From assembly GCA_951406725.2 (NCBI GenBank), contig OX597826.1:12338001-12402000 (forward strand): a stretch of 64,000 bases of DNA, in the 5' to 3' direction. The notes beneath the pieces are model-generated. The model was not told the origin of the DNA and ran no database searches. It saw nothing but the letters and a program-made list of their open reading frames with translations. Source of the DNA: Octopus vulgaris. Lineage: Eukaryota. This document shows positions 12,971 to 26,492 of this stretch, piece after piece (position 1 is the first letter of the stretch; each line of letters begins with the position of its first letter). The position numbers were made by a program, and so were the translations under genes.

Positions 12971-13285
12971 CAGATATAAGAATACATGTAGGTTTGTATC
13001 TATTTAGAGAACCATGCAAATATAAGCAAAAAACATTTAAAAATGTTATTTTGGAAAACGTACTGCATATACAAACACCATAATTGCTGATTCCGAACTC
13101 CAGATGCACTCGGCAGAGAAAACAGGAACACATTCTGCTCTATATTATAAACAGACATGCACATATCTCCACGCATTATATTAGTGAGTAGGTAGAAGTT
13201 CATTCAAATAGATAAGGGAAAAGCGAGTCCACGTATCTTATAGAAAAGTAAATATTTTACCTAATGAAAAACTGAGAATATTGAG

Positions 13286-13323
<38 letters not shown>

Positions 13324-13514
13324 TTGTGTGTGTGTATATATATTTATATGCTATATTATGATCGTAATTTTTGCGTTAGGTAGGGAGGGCAGAATTTATA
13401 AACGGTGTCAAAGAAACTGAGGAGAAAGAAAAGGAAACATAAGTTGAACACCACAAGACATAAATCGTTTTTTCATATTACATACAGTCACTGACATGCA
13501 CATAACATGTCGGT

Positions 13515-13625
13515 CGCCTGACCATCCAATTCTTCTTCATCCGGTGCACCGTCCTCAAACAAACCCAGCTAATCTACACTTCACCTCGCTGAAGTCGTCC
13601 CTCTCAACTACTTCACCCCTCTCCT
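13515..13625 (+). mobile_element. Small Penelope RT fragment related to 7520-7600
   Basis: GCACCGTCCTCAAACAAACCCAG...TCCCTCTCAACTACTTCAC aligns with 7527-7599. Confidence 0.5.
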
Positions 13626-15608
13626 AATCACAATTGCAACCGTTACTCAAAGTTTGTGACTCATTCTCAATACTTAGCCCGTCTGCCCCACAACGTGGCA
13701 CCTTCTTTCGCATTTACACACTTGCGGCATGAAACCATACCAAGATGCCCTACACCACATACAGAGTGGGGATTTTTGTTCGAAAGAGCATAGTATGCTT
13801 TTTTTTTTACAGAAAAGTATACCGTAATTTGATGAAACACATCCACGCAGACAGCTGCACCCCTGTAACTGGAACAGAAAAATTAAAACGTGACAAGTAG
13901 GACACGAGCGATGTTGGTGATCTGTGGCCTTGTATACCAATCTGGTTAGATTTTCATGCAATAACACCCAGATTAGAAGGTATAATCTGAAATATTTCTA
14001 TTTACTCTCATTATATGGTGTTTGAATTGTCTAGTATTTTACAACTACTTTATTTTTTAAAACTTTAAATCTGTCTTGCATCTCGTCGTCAACCCTTTTG
14101 CAATTTTTATGTAATTTATTTGTACACACCACTTTTGTTAACTTTTGTTGTAGTATATTGTTGAGCCGTTTTGTGACTAAGCAACAACAAAAAAAAGCAA
14201 TACAACCGCAACATCAACATCAATGATAATAAGTATTTTGCTTAACATAAGTGTGACGGTTGAAAAGTCAAATAAAGGAAACGTTAAAACTTTAAATAGG
14301 TCTCTCTCTCTCTCTATCTCTATCTCTCTCTCTCTTTCTCTGGATCAATCTGCAAGTGTAAAAATACTGAAACACTGAAGGTCATTGGCCGTATTATACT
14401 TCCAAGGAAGATAACAAACTAAAAACATGTTTCAGCATTTGCCCAGAGACTCTCTGAAGAACTTCCGTTTATTGCGTAGTGTTCACGGCGAGATGCTCTC
14501 AGCAGCATTGCTGGCATGCTGCAACATTGTACAGTAATATAGCTTTTTCTACTCTGAGTACCACTTTCTGGTACTCAGAATAATGCTGCAGCTTAGTACT
14601 CCACTCCTGATGCAGTTTTATTAAGTCAGCTACGTTACCTGGGACAATTCTACTCGCTTTCTTGAAGTTATTAAACAAAGAATTAAGTAGAGCAATCCAA
14701 GGCCCATTCACCAGAGAGCCGACAATTTACGAGTCATTTACATGTGTACAAATATTTCTGTACGTACATTTTTAACGACTTGTGTTGATGCAGTAATTTT
14801 GTAATTTAGATCTTCGATGGACATAGATATTTTCCTTCATAGAATTTTGTACTTCTCTTTCTTGTGTTTATTCCTTCTTTTATCTGATATCGTGTAGACT
14901 TGCTAAATCTGTTATCAGAGATTTCTAACGATTTGTCTCTTATCAATTTTATCACAGTCTCAGAATAATTTTTAACTCAAAATTATCTATTTAGTATATT
15001 GTTCAAGTATTTTGAGATGTCTGAAGACAAAAAAAAAAGGGGTAAAAACAAACATGGATATATAACATATTGATGAACCGATAAAATAGAAAAATGTAAT
15101 ATATATTGATGAATAGATAAGCTAAAAGAATTTAAAATATATATATTTAAAAATTAGAAATTGCTTAATTACAACTTACCCTGAGCGAAAATTATTTAAT
15201 CAATTTATTCATCAATACTTCATCATTCTTTGAGAAAATGAGAGCCTATGCCATAATAAGAATCAATTTGAGTGTTCTAAATATAAACTGCAAATAATTC
15301 GTGGCATATAAAGTCTGGTATGTAGTAAGCATTGTATATCGTCTGGAGTGGTACCATTTTCATCTAAATTCTTGTTATTTATCGATGTACAGCCAGACAT
15401 AGCTTTTGAATTATTGTATCTGATGAGGTATCGTCATAGGCTTCTATATAAGACACGACTGAATTCTTAATTGTAAGGAAATGTTCCTGTCAAAGTTATA
15501 TCTGCAAACAAAATCCCAAAATTAAAATTACAAGTAAAAGTAATAGCAAAAATGCATATATGTGTCTGTGTGTCTGTATGTGATTCAGTATCCGTGCGTG
15601 CATATATA

Positions 15609-15639
<31 letters not shown>

Positions 15640-15778
15640 ATGTGTGTGTTTGTGTGAGTGTGTATGTATATATATGTATATAATAACATAACCAACTTTG
15701 ATCTCTATACATATCTTAATTCACGATTACGTATCCATCACTGTACATATTTCTCCCCACTACTCTAGTTCTCGAATT

Positions 15779-15823
<45 letters not shown>

Positions 15824-16442
15824 ATATATATATACATATGTATTTCCTCTCCCACACCGAGAGATGAACAATTATCTCCCCTGTCCATAATAATAACGAT
15901 AGTCAATTACCTCTCCTGAGTTTTTCTACTTGTTGAATCATTTATTCATAAACTCCCCACACAACATGGACAAAAAATTTTTCTTAAGAAAATACGTATT
16001 TAAATAAATTTTAATGTCATGATTAGAGAGAGCGAAACCAGTCGACAAACACAATATAAGATATATTAAAAATTATATTAAAACTATGTAAACTGTGTTC
16101 ATTTTCCTTCTTTAATTTCTTTTATGTATGTATGTATTTATGTATATATATATATATATATATCAATAATACAGTGATTGTTTCTTATCAGGAACAAAAT
16201 GTTTAATAGGGCTGTTATAGAAGTGCTCAATTAAATGAGACAAATATATTAAACTATGGTTGCAGAACAAACAAATACAAGGTCATCCACGTAACATTTC
16301 ATATCTCGAACATTTAATCACATAATGCTTTTTCTTTCACTTAGAATGTACATGTATAACATCACGGAAGATGAAACATAACTCATCAGTACAAGTAAAT
16401 ATAAGAAAATGCAAGAAAAATGTGTGAATACAGTTCATCACG

Positions 16443-16570
16443 GTTGTCTGTCCTTGTTTGTCCTCTCTGTGTTTAGCCGCTTGTAGGTAGTAAAGAAATA
16501 GGTATGTCGTCTGCCGTTACGTTCTGAGTTCAAATTCCGCCGAGATCGACTTTGTTTTTCATCCTTTCGA
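16443..16570 (+). mobile_element. SINE-B fragment (B1 tail fused to an internal head position)
   Basis: ...GTAAAGAAATA|GGTATGTCGTCTGCCGTTACGTTCTGAGTTCAAATTCC. Confidence 0.75.
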
Positions 16571-16903
16571 GCACTTGTTTCAACTCTAGTTACAGTAATT
16601 ATGATAAACTAATGTGATTCACGAACAGAAAAGAAGTGATAAGCGAAGCGATTTCATTTTTCACCCAAATGCAATTGCAATGTCTGATACCAATGAAACA
16701 ATCAAACTTCTGCAAAATGCATAAAATTATCTACGTTTAATTTATTTATCCTTTGAAACTTCCGTCAGAGTGTAAATTGAGATTATTGCATTATATCTGA
16801 CCTATCATTCACATATATAATATTCTTCAGTAAGTTGGCTGAAGGTCAGCAGTTAAATAGGTCAAATATCTACTGACTGAGATTTCATTTCTTAATAAAA
16901 TTA

Positions 16904-16987
<84 letters not shown>

Positions 16988-17193
16988 ACGTATTCCTAAA
17001 TGCAAAGTCAGAAATCCGGGATCTAGAATTATCCAGTAATTTTTTACTAGTTTCATTTTGTCTCTTTGTTTTCTCTCCGTGTTGATATATGGACAATTAA
17101 GGTAGTTTTAGAGTCAGATCATGGCTGATATTTTCAGCATGGTGGTATCTCGTAGATACCCTAATTTATAATTTTATATATATATATATATTG

Positions 17194-17700
17194 TATAGAG
17201 ACATTCAGGAAGTAAATAGACACACTTAATTTTCAAAATTTCTTATCTAAGCGTCTTAATGTTTCAATGGTGTAGAATTTACAATGTAATTACTCTTTTT
17301 CATTCCAGGTGCTATTATATTAAACATTTGCGAAGGGCAACCATGCCGCGCACAAAAAATTCAGCAGAACTGACAGATTTTCAAAGAGGTCGTATTGTTG
17401 AGCAATCTGAGGCTGGTCTTAGCCAGCGAAAAATTGCCGAAAGTCTTCAAATTCCTCTTATAATTGTTAATAGAATTATAGTGCAATTCAAAAGCCAAAG
17501 ACAAGAATCAACAGATTCTCATCCCTGCCGATCAGGGCCCTCGGAAAGGAAGCTTCGCTGTTTGAAGAGAATTGTAGAAAACGAACACAGCTAGAAGTTA
17601 AGTCCAAGAATGCGGGATACATATCTTTATAAGCTTGGGTATTATGGACGAGCAGCTAGAAGAAAGCTTTTCCTTCAACCAATTAATATCATTAAAAGAA
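17194..17700 (+). mobile_element. Tc1-like transposon 5' fragment (paired-like HTH of the transposase), pseudogene
   Basis: MPRTKNSAELTDFQRGRIVEQSEAGLSQRKIAESL..; a downstream GRAARRKLF-like stretch follows a stop; no DDE domain present. Confidence 0.75.
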
Positions 17701-18242
17701 AGTAGAGTCAATTGGGCACCATCTGTGAGAAACACAGCACCATGACGCTATCCACTCTACCAGATACATACATGCATGTATGTATGTATGTATGTATGTA
17801 TGTATACGCGTATACATATATATTGTTTGTTTTTATGCTCAATTATCATTAAAACAATTTTAAAGTAATCTGCCAGTTTGCTCTATACATTTGTAGATTA
17901 CAAATTTATCATTCTTAGACAAGAATGTCGTTTACAGTGACGTCGAAGTTTCGTCCAAATAAGTTATCGCATATGCATGTATGTATGCATGCATGTATGT
18001 AATAAATATATTTATACATATATATGTGTGTGTGTGTGTGTGTGTAGATATGTATATACATGTAGGTGTGTATAAATATGTATATATATATATATATTAA
18101 ACTATGGTTGCAGAACAAGCAAATACAAGGTCATCCACGTAACATATTTATATATTTTTTTATATATCTATATATTTATATATTACTTTATATTTTTACG
18201 TATTTATTATTCTAGGTGTTGTAATGTTTTTAAAAAAATATA

Positions 18243-18400
18243 TCGACCCCAGTGCGTAACTGGTTCTTAATTTATCGATCCCGAAAGAATGAAAGGCAAA
18301 GTCGACCACGGCGGAATTTGAACTCATAACGTAACGGCAAACGAAATACCGCTAAGCATTTCGCCCGGCGTGCTAACGTTTCTGTCAGCTCGCCGCCTTT
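18243..18400 (-). mobile_element. SINE-B copy lacking tail
   Basis: Reverse complement of AAGGCGGCGAGCTG...CTGGGGTCGAT. Confidence 0.8.
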
Positions 18401-20215
18401 ACTCAAGCAAATATCACTAACGCTCAGTAAATAAAATACTTTTTCATTAAGAGAAGCCCACACACCATTGATAATATAGCCTTATTGATGCTCTACGTGA
18501 CATTTGCCTTTATTTATACTCGTTATATTCATTTTGTTGGAGCAGATTATAAATAACGAATATTTTTGTTAAATAGAATAAACAAAAAGCATTATAACTT
18601 TCTTGAAATTGACTTTCAATTTCAAATCCCCAACTTGTGTATCTTGTCGAGGTATATTTTTTTTTATTTCTTGGAGAATCTCTTTCATTTTCTTATATTA
18701 TTCTGTAAATTCGTAAATAAAAATATGCAGCGTATTTGCTATTGTAATTTTCGTTTATAATTCTCACGTGAAGCAAGCCGTTAAAAGGTCAAACGTGTTT
18801 CGCACCAACTGAAGCATGTTGTGTGAATGGATTTCTGTGTGTGGCTATATGGAATGGAATGTGAATTGTGAGGAAATGTACGGCGCTAGACTGATTCAAA
18901 GAATCAGACGATATTTGTAAATAAAATCAAGTTGTTTACTGTTCAGCAAAATCAATACTTTCAGGCACTAAGTAAGCGCAGATACTCGAGTGAATTACGG
19001 TATCAGCTTTGAATCACTGTTCGTATGTTCAGAAGTACCATTTGCAAACCATTTATCTCTACTTTGATTCGATGTAAGAGAATCTAAGGATACCCAGATT
19101 TTAAAATATCCAGGAGCTTCTTTAAAATGTCTTCCATATAAATTTATGTTCTGTTATTGTACAAATCAAAAGATTTTAAGCTGTTTGTCTAGTAATCTTA
19201 TATATTTCAATTTCTGGTAGCATAACGGAGAAAACTATTAGTCAACATGGAGGGAGCAGAGACAGAAATACATTAACTATTCCGATATTGCTTAATGTAT
19301 AGCAGGAATTGTATCACTGAAGTCTTAATTCCTTAAAGCAACTCGGCGGCTTCCATTTTATTATTTCGAAAGACTATTTGAATGCCGAAATAACTACATG
19401 TTAAGAGGAAATGGTATGGGCGTATGCGAATAATTTTGTGCAAGACCTGTGCTAAGATCCGTATACCCAACAAACCACGGTTTCGGTTCTCTTTGCACTA
19501 CTTTGTCGCGGGTTGTATTCTGATGGTCTTGGATAGGTACGAGTCAATTATTTCTCTCTTTTAAAGTAATTGTATCTTTAATGGTCTCTTTCTATCTGTC
19601 TGCCTGTCTATCAGTCTCTCACGTTTTCTCTTTCACGTTTTCTCTCTCTGTCTTTATCTCCGCCTATCTGTCTCTCCCCCCTCTCTCCCCCCCCTTATTC
19701 CATCTCGTAGGCAAAGTTTAAGAGACATGTACTGTTTTTTTAGTGGTGCATTCAGTCAAGGAACGCAAGCCATTTTCTCTCAGTTGTTTGATCAGTTTTA
19801 AGACTTCCTCGATGAGCGCAGTTTTTGTATAACAAATAGAATCCTACAGCTTGTCAAATAACACTTTAGTTATTCTTAAATATTCGTGGTTCAATGAAAT
19901 TTGAATGCATTCTTTGCAATGTTGTTCAACCTCACTTCTTTAATAGCTTACAGTTGCAGAGGAAGCCAAGTTGTTTGGTGAATATTTATAGGAATGAACC
20001 CATTTTAACCCAGGTTTTTAACTTTTCGATTTCTGTCAAAATTTTGAGGATAGTTATATAAATAGAGATAACAAACATATTGAAGCGTCCGGTTAAACTT
20101 TATTGCAGTAAATAAACCAAATACAACGGGCCTCAAATGAGGACACTGGGTTAATATAATACCAATCGCTAGTTAATGAAAGATGATTACTAATAGCAAA
20201 AATAAAGTTCATCTA

Positions 20216-21290
20216 TTGGGATGGCAACTAAGTTCCCGCGTTCTTTTTTAAATTTTGGAATTTATTGCGTTTTTAAATTTTGGAGTCATTTTTTTTTCGA
20301 GAATTCTATTTTTGAATCATTTTGGAATCTATTTCTTTTTCTAGTTAATTGAGTTAATTTTTGTTTATTTTCAGATCATTATAATGGAATGTCAAGTTGA
20401 GAAAAACGAGTATTTTCGACACCTTCTTTTTGCTTTAATCAAGGTTCTAAGGCCGCAAAAGCTGCTCGCAACATTTCTGCTGTGTATGGAGAGGGTGCCA
20501 TAGCTGAAAGAACCGCTCAAAGACGTACCTCGTTCTGGCTGTCCAGTTGAGTTCGATGAAGAGCGATTAAACCAACTATTACACGAAAATTCTCGTTAAA
20601 CGACAAGGGAACTGGCAAAGAAAATGGAATGCTCCCACACTGCTATAGAGAAGCATCTTCACTCAATGGGAAAGGTTCAGAAGTAAGGAATGGCGTAGCC
20701 CGATTAACAAGCGACACCGCGCGTGAAACAAGATCTTCATCCGCGTAAAATGATGTTTGTGCGTATGGTGGGACTGGGAAAGGATTATCCATCATGAATT
20801 GCTTGAACGGAACCAAACGGTCAATGCGGAACTCTATGTAGAACAGATGGAACGACTCAACACGTCTATTCAAGAGAAAGGACCTAATCGGCTTCATGGA
20901 GTTTTTCTGCTGCACGCAAACGCCCGCCCTCACATCGCTAATATGACCAAGGAAGCCATTCAAACGCATAGCTGAGAAGTGCTGCCACACCTGACGAACT
21001 CTCCTGATTTGGCACCTACGGATTTCCACCTCTTTCGATCTCTTTCAAATGCTATGCGCAGAGTTTCGTTCAATACTGATGCAGAGTTGAGAGCTTAGAT
21101 GGATCAATTTTTCGAGTCGAAATCGAGTGATTTCTACCGACGAGGTACTGAAAATTTTGTTGAACGTTGGGAAGAACTTGCAAATGACAAGGGTGAATAC
21201 ATTATTGATTAATTAGTTGTTATTTTTTTTATTAAACCTTTTAAAAAATTAAAATTTTAAAAAACGGCGGAAACTTAATTGCCAACCTAA
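20216..21290 (+). mobile_element. Mariner transposon, internally deleted, with transposase pseudogene
   Basis: TIRs TTGGGATGGCAACTAAGTTCCCGC / GCGGAAACTTAATTGCCAACCTAA flanked by TA; remnants CVWWDWERIIHHELL, LLHANARPH and SPDLAPTDFHLF. Confidence 0.9.
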
Positions 21291-21384
21291 TACTTCTATT
21301 TATCAATAAAGTTTACTCCTTTTTCAAAACAATCGTAAGATAAGTTTATTTATATTATAATTTACTTATTGCTTACAATGATAA

Positions 21385-23240
21385 GGGATAAAGCAATCAA
21401 TACATAAAGTCACGGTGAATTTCTTGCAGTAGGTTCTTGGTTTTGCAGTACATGGACTTCATAGTGAGTGTAGATGAATTGAAGACCTTCATTGGTACTT
21501 TGTTATTTTCTCCGTAGTTGTTCATGCTTCTGTAAGAAGTGTTCCTTACGGTCGAATCTCACATCTTTTGGAATTTTCGAAGGAGCTTGAATCTTCTTTC
21601 TTCTAGTTGAGACTTTGTGGACTGCTTCTTTTAGACTCATGTACTTTTTGTCGCTGTCATGGACAAATCTATGGACAACCCAAGCGTTTATCATAGTCAT
21701 ATGTAATATGCGAATGAATAAAGGCTAATACCATTGTTTACCTCTGGTGGCAACTGAATATCTCCCAGCCGACCAGTCATGTTTAACAACCTCTCCCATG
21801 TTTTCGTTATATCCATGTAGAATATTTGGCTGAGGGATATTTCCTTTAGATTTTTTTGGTCTCGCCGCCAACGCTGTACCTTTCTGATGGGTTCAACGGT
21901 AACGCATTTGTTATCCGTCCATTTCACGATGAGAATTTCCTCGGCACAATCGAAACTGTAATCGTATATCTCACTTTTTTCTTTTTCCATTAGCTTTGAT
22001 TCCTTCAAAGGACGTTTCTTCAGCCCATTTTTCCTCATTGTCCCTGTAGCTTGGAATCCTAACTTTCGTAGGTACACTAGCGAAGGATAGTCATTGAATA
22101 AAATTATTTAAAAAATACAGTATGGAAGCATGGACTCTCTACTACTGCAGGCATTTAAAATACTATTTTAGAGCCAAGTAATAAATCATTATTTTCTTCG
22201 CTATCAGACGATTTACTGCAATATAAATTAAAGTTGTAGCAATATCCTGACACTCCACATAATACCCAAAGTTTATAACCAGATCGAATCGGTTTCCACG
22301 TATAAACAGTTTCAGAGAATTATGTCCATAATAACGCACAATAATTTCACCAACAGCCAAATTTTCCTCAAATATTCCAAATTTTCTAAAAGATTTTTGA
22401 AACGTGGTAACAAGTGGCCTGATTTTGAAACCTCTGTCATGCTTATTGTTTTCTGCCGCTGCTTTATCAATAAAATGTTTACAATTTTTCAGCATTTGAA
22501 AACGATTTCTATACATCGTATTCTTTACTATTGATGTTCCTAAATCATCTTCATTTGACCAATAATGTCTTTCTGGGGGTAATTTATAGTAACTAGAAAA
22601 TAACAAAATACAAATGAATGTCTTCAATTCATCTACACTCATTATGAAGTCCATAATATTCTTACATGTTGCTGCATATCTTACTCTTTCCTTTACAATG
22701 TGATCATACAAAGGCGGTGCTCCAGCATGGCCGCAGTCAAATGACTGAAACAAGTAAAAGTAAAAGTAAAAGTAAAGTATACATTTCTGGGGTGATCATT
22801 TCCTAAAAAATTACAACAGAAGTCGAAAATTCTAAAGATTCTTTCATTTCTTTTAAGTAAGAATGAACACAATCTCTTTCTTTTACTTTAGTATACTTTA
22901 GTGTTCAACATATCTCCACTTAGGAATAGACTCGCATAATTTTCGCTTCTTCTCTCGGCAAACCTTAGCCGGTCTTTGAAGATCCGCATCAGCCAAGTTC
23001 TTGTCTTCTAACAGTTCTTCGTTTTGACGATCAGTTTCAGTGTGGAGAACCGGGGACATCTTGAACCATAACTTCGCCAGTTTCTTTCTCATCTCCAACA
23101 GCTTCTTCATCCGTCAATGTGTCAACATCTGGAGGCTCTATGATTATATCACGAAAGTTATCATTGTCATTATCACTTTCATTATGTTCTTCAAGCAATT
23201 CCAATCTTTCATCCATTGTTACGACTTGCAACGTTCACAT
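21385..23240 (-). mobile_element. piggyBac transposase pseudogene (PGBD3-like), fragmented
   Basis: Acidic N-terminus (IIIEPPDVDTLTDEE), RNRFQML, FKIRPLV, YYGHNSLKLFIRG, ATGTMRKN, WTDNKCVT, MINAWVVH, and a C-terminal Cys-rich CTAKPRTYCKK..TLCIDCF; multiple frameshifts; TIRs not identified. Confidence 0.85.
22711..22778 (+). mobile_element. SINE-A 3' tail only, nested in the piggyBac fossil
   Basis: AAGGCGGTGCTCCAGCATGGCCGCAGTCAAATGACTGAAACAAG(TAAAAG)n flanked by ATACA on both sides. Confidence 0.85.
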
Positions 23241-23505
23241 ACACAAAGTTATGCTACACATAAGTAAGTATGTGTATGTATGCATGGATCATGGTTATAA
23301 TTTTTTTCTATATAATTAACAATACTTTGCTTTTAGCTAAACTGTTGACATGTGGTGTTTTGATTAAGAAAGTGCACTTTTTAATTCGTTAAAACTATCC
23401 ACATTGACATAACGACGAAATTTCACACTGCATCTTGAAATTAGTTGTCATAATTTACAATTTCCAAAGGCGCGAAATCGCTTTCATTGACGTGGCTGAG
23501 GCGCA

Positions 23506-23580
23506 TGTATGTATATATGTGCGAGTGTGTGTGTGCGTGCGTGTGTGTGTGTATGTGTGTGTGTGCGCGCGCGCGTGTGC

Positions 23581-23647
<67 letters not shown>

Positions 23648-23660
23648 CGTGTGTGTTTGT
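23506..23660. repeat. (TG)/(CG) compound microsatellite
   Basis: Direct reading. Confidence 0.9.
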
Positions 23661-24295
23661 AAAGGAGATCAAAGATTCAGAGATGGAGAGTAGATTAACT
23701 ATTGGAAGGACAAATATTAAAGCGGTTAATGTCAATTTTCACCAAATTCAAACAACCTTCTTAGTTGAGCTGAGATCAAAAATAAGACATCCATCCCTAT
23801 GTGCGCATCATCTATCGTTTCGTGTCCAATTAACTGATATAACATTCATTTAAATCAAGATGATCTAAGATTAATATTACACGCTACCTCAGAGCTTGAC
23901 TTGTGTGCACTCGTTCGTCGCCACCAAGAGAGTAGAGACCTCTATGGCGAGCCTTTCATTATTTTACGATGCCTTTTATCATAAGGATTTAATTCTAGTT
24001 CATATCATGCAACCTGTCTGTTATGAGAAAAAGATTCTAGATTTATTTTCATTAATATCATTATTACTTTGATCATTTTGTTTGATGACAGATTTATGGA
24101 TAAGGGATTAGATATTCAATACTATGCTGTTATAGATGATTTAATGTGTATGAAAACTTATTGACATCTAACAAACTCGTATATCGTTACACAAGCACGC
24201 ACGACTGCATACATATGCGTGTATATACATGCAGGCACGCATACACACACACAGAAGTATATTAGAAGGAAGACAATGCTTATAAAAGTATGGAT

Positions 24296-24668
24296 GGAAG
24301 CACTCCGTTGGTTACGACGATGAGGGTTCCGGTTGATCCGATCAACAGAACAGCCTCCTCGTGAAATTAACGTGTAAGTGGCTGAGCACTCCACAGACAC
24401 GTGTACTCTTAACGTAGGGGATATTCAGCGTGACACAGAGAATGACAAGGCCGGCCCTTTGAAATACAGGTACAAGAGAAACAGGAAGTAAGAGTGAGAG
24501 AAAGTTGTGTGAAAGAGTTCAGCAGGGATCACCACCATCCCTGCCGGAGACTCGTGGAGCTTTAGGTGTTTTCGCTCAATAAACACTCACAACGCCCGGT
24601 CTGGGGATCGAAACCGCGATCCTACGACCGCGAGTCCGCTGCCCTAACCACTGGGCCATTGCGCCTCC
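24296..24668 (-). mobile_element. SINE-C tail type 1, full copy
   Basis: Reverse complement begins GGAGGCGCAATGGCCCAGTGGTTAGGGCAGCGG; flanked by a ~30-bp imperfect duplication AAGTATATTAGAAGG..ACAATG.TTATAAAA. Confidence 0.9.
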
Positions 24669-25662
24669 TTATAAAAGTATATTAGAAGGAAGACAATGTT
24701 TATAAAAATCTTCCCAACTCGTAGTTCAGAGTCCAAACATTTTGATACTTTTACACAATCCATAGAAATCCTTTTACTCAAAAACTAGCTCATTCTACAT
24801 TAAAATCTATTGTTATTCCTTGAGTGAAAGATCTTCGTAACCCTTCATTAAGTTAACGCTATCTCATACACACAAACACATATACTCACCCACACAGATA
24901 CACATACGCACAAACACATGCACGCACAGACTGGATATTTCTTGCTATAAACTTTAAAATGCGACACAACTTGGCAATGAATCTGCAGCATTATATCTCA
25001 TCAATAACGTGTAGTCTGCTTCGATTCCTCTGATTTCGGTACTGCCGTTGTATTAGAGCACACAGACACCTTTTCTTGCTCAGAGCCAGAAATTACTTCA
25101 CTACTAAGCTGCTAATAAACTTATGCAACGCTCTGATGAGATACACGATGAATTACCGCTCTTATATCCCGTGCAGTGCTGCAAATGCAAAACAAGTTAT
25201 GTCGTAGAATGCTTCCAACGAAACGTCACTCGACTGACTGGGATAAAGTTACTCTTAAATACGCTGTAAATTATGGCTTTTGTGCTTTCTATCGGTACTG
25301 CATTCATCTAATGAATAATGATTAACCTCATACTGCATTAATCTGGTCACTTTAAACTTGCTCATCTCAGCAATCCTATTTTGTTCACCAGTCCAAGATG
25401 TATATCAAGTATTATATATCGTCATTACTCTTCTAAAACTAACTATAAACTAACTGCTGAAAAAGAATATTAATCACATCGATCTCACTAGTATCGTGAT
25501 TTCTGCGATTGCAAGTGGAATAGCTTCCCATTCAAGACAAAATCCGATAGGTACTTTTTTTGTTTTGTTTTACCTCATGTGGTTTCATCGTGATAACCCA
25601 ATTCTTCTTGATGAGTCATTAAGTTCATGAAATACCCGCTTTACTCAATATTTTTATTTGAC

Positions 25663-26492
25663 AAGGCGGTGAGCTGGCAGAAACGTTAGCACGCAGGACA
25701 AAGTGCTTAGCGGTATTTCGTCTGCCGTTACGTTCTGAGTTCAAATTCTGCCGAGGTCGACTTTGCCTTTCATCCTTTCGGGGGTCGAAAAATAAGTACC
25801 AGTTACGCACTAGGGTCGATATAATCGACTTAATTCGTCTGTCTGTTCTTGTTTGCCTCCTCTGTGTTTAGCCCCTTGTGGGAAGTAAAGAAATAGGTGT
25901 TTCGTCTTCTGTTACGTTCTGAGTTCAAATTCCGCCGAGGTCGACTTTGCCTTTCATCCTTTCGGGGTCGATTAAATAAGTACCAGTTACGCACTGGGTT
26001 CGATGTAAATGATTTAATCCGTTTGTCTGCCCTTGTTTGTCCCCTCTGTGTTTAGCTCCTTGTGGGCAATGAAGAAATAAGGAGCCAGGCGAAATGCTTA
26101 GCAGTATTTCGTCTGTTTTTACATCCTCAGTTCAAATTCGCCTTTCATCCTTTCGGGGTCGATTAAACAAGTACCAGTTACGCATTGGGGTCGATCTAAT
26201 CGACTTTGTCCTTTTGTCTGTCCTTGTTTGTTCCTTGTATGTTTAGCCACCTGTGGGCAATAAAGCAATGAATATTTTAAGGCAGCGAGCTGGCAGAAAC
26301 GTTAGCACGCCGGGCGAAATCCTTAGCAGTGTTTCGTCTGTCTTTACGTACTCAGTTCAAATTCCGTCGAGGTCTTCTTTGCCTTTCATCCTTTCGGGGT
26401 TGATAAATTAAGTATCAGTTGCGTACTGGGGTCGATCTAATCGACTGTCCCCCTCTCCAAAAATTTCGGGCCTTGTGCCTAGAATAGAAAAG
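25663..26492 (+). mobile_element. Head-to-tail array of four SINE-B units
   Basis: Four repeats of the GTTCAAATT..CCTTTCATCCTTTCGGGGTCG core; whole array bounded by the direct repeat AATATTTTTATTTG (25647-25660, 26493-26506). Confidence 0.85.

Noticed and set aside
14499-14711. Protein-like 70-aa minus-strand ORF
   Set aside because: It lacks an ATG (GTG start), a splice acceptor and any family motif, so it cannot be supported.
22163-22753. Intact or domesticated piggyBac-derived gene
   Set aside because: There are multiple frameshifts and stops, and the ORF start derives from an antisense SINE tail.
24590-24668. tRNA-like sequences considered as tRNA genes
   Set aside because: They are SINE heads continuing into repeated bodies, and the acceptor stems are not intact.
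25663-26492. Regularly repeated units suggesting a CRISPR array
   Set aside because: The units are ~200-bp SINE copies with no unique spacers, the context is eukaryotic, and there are no cas genes.
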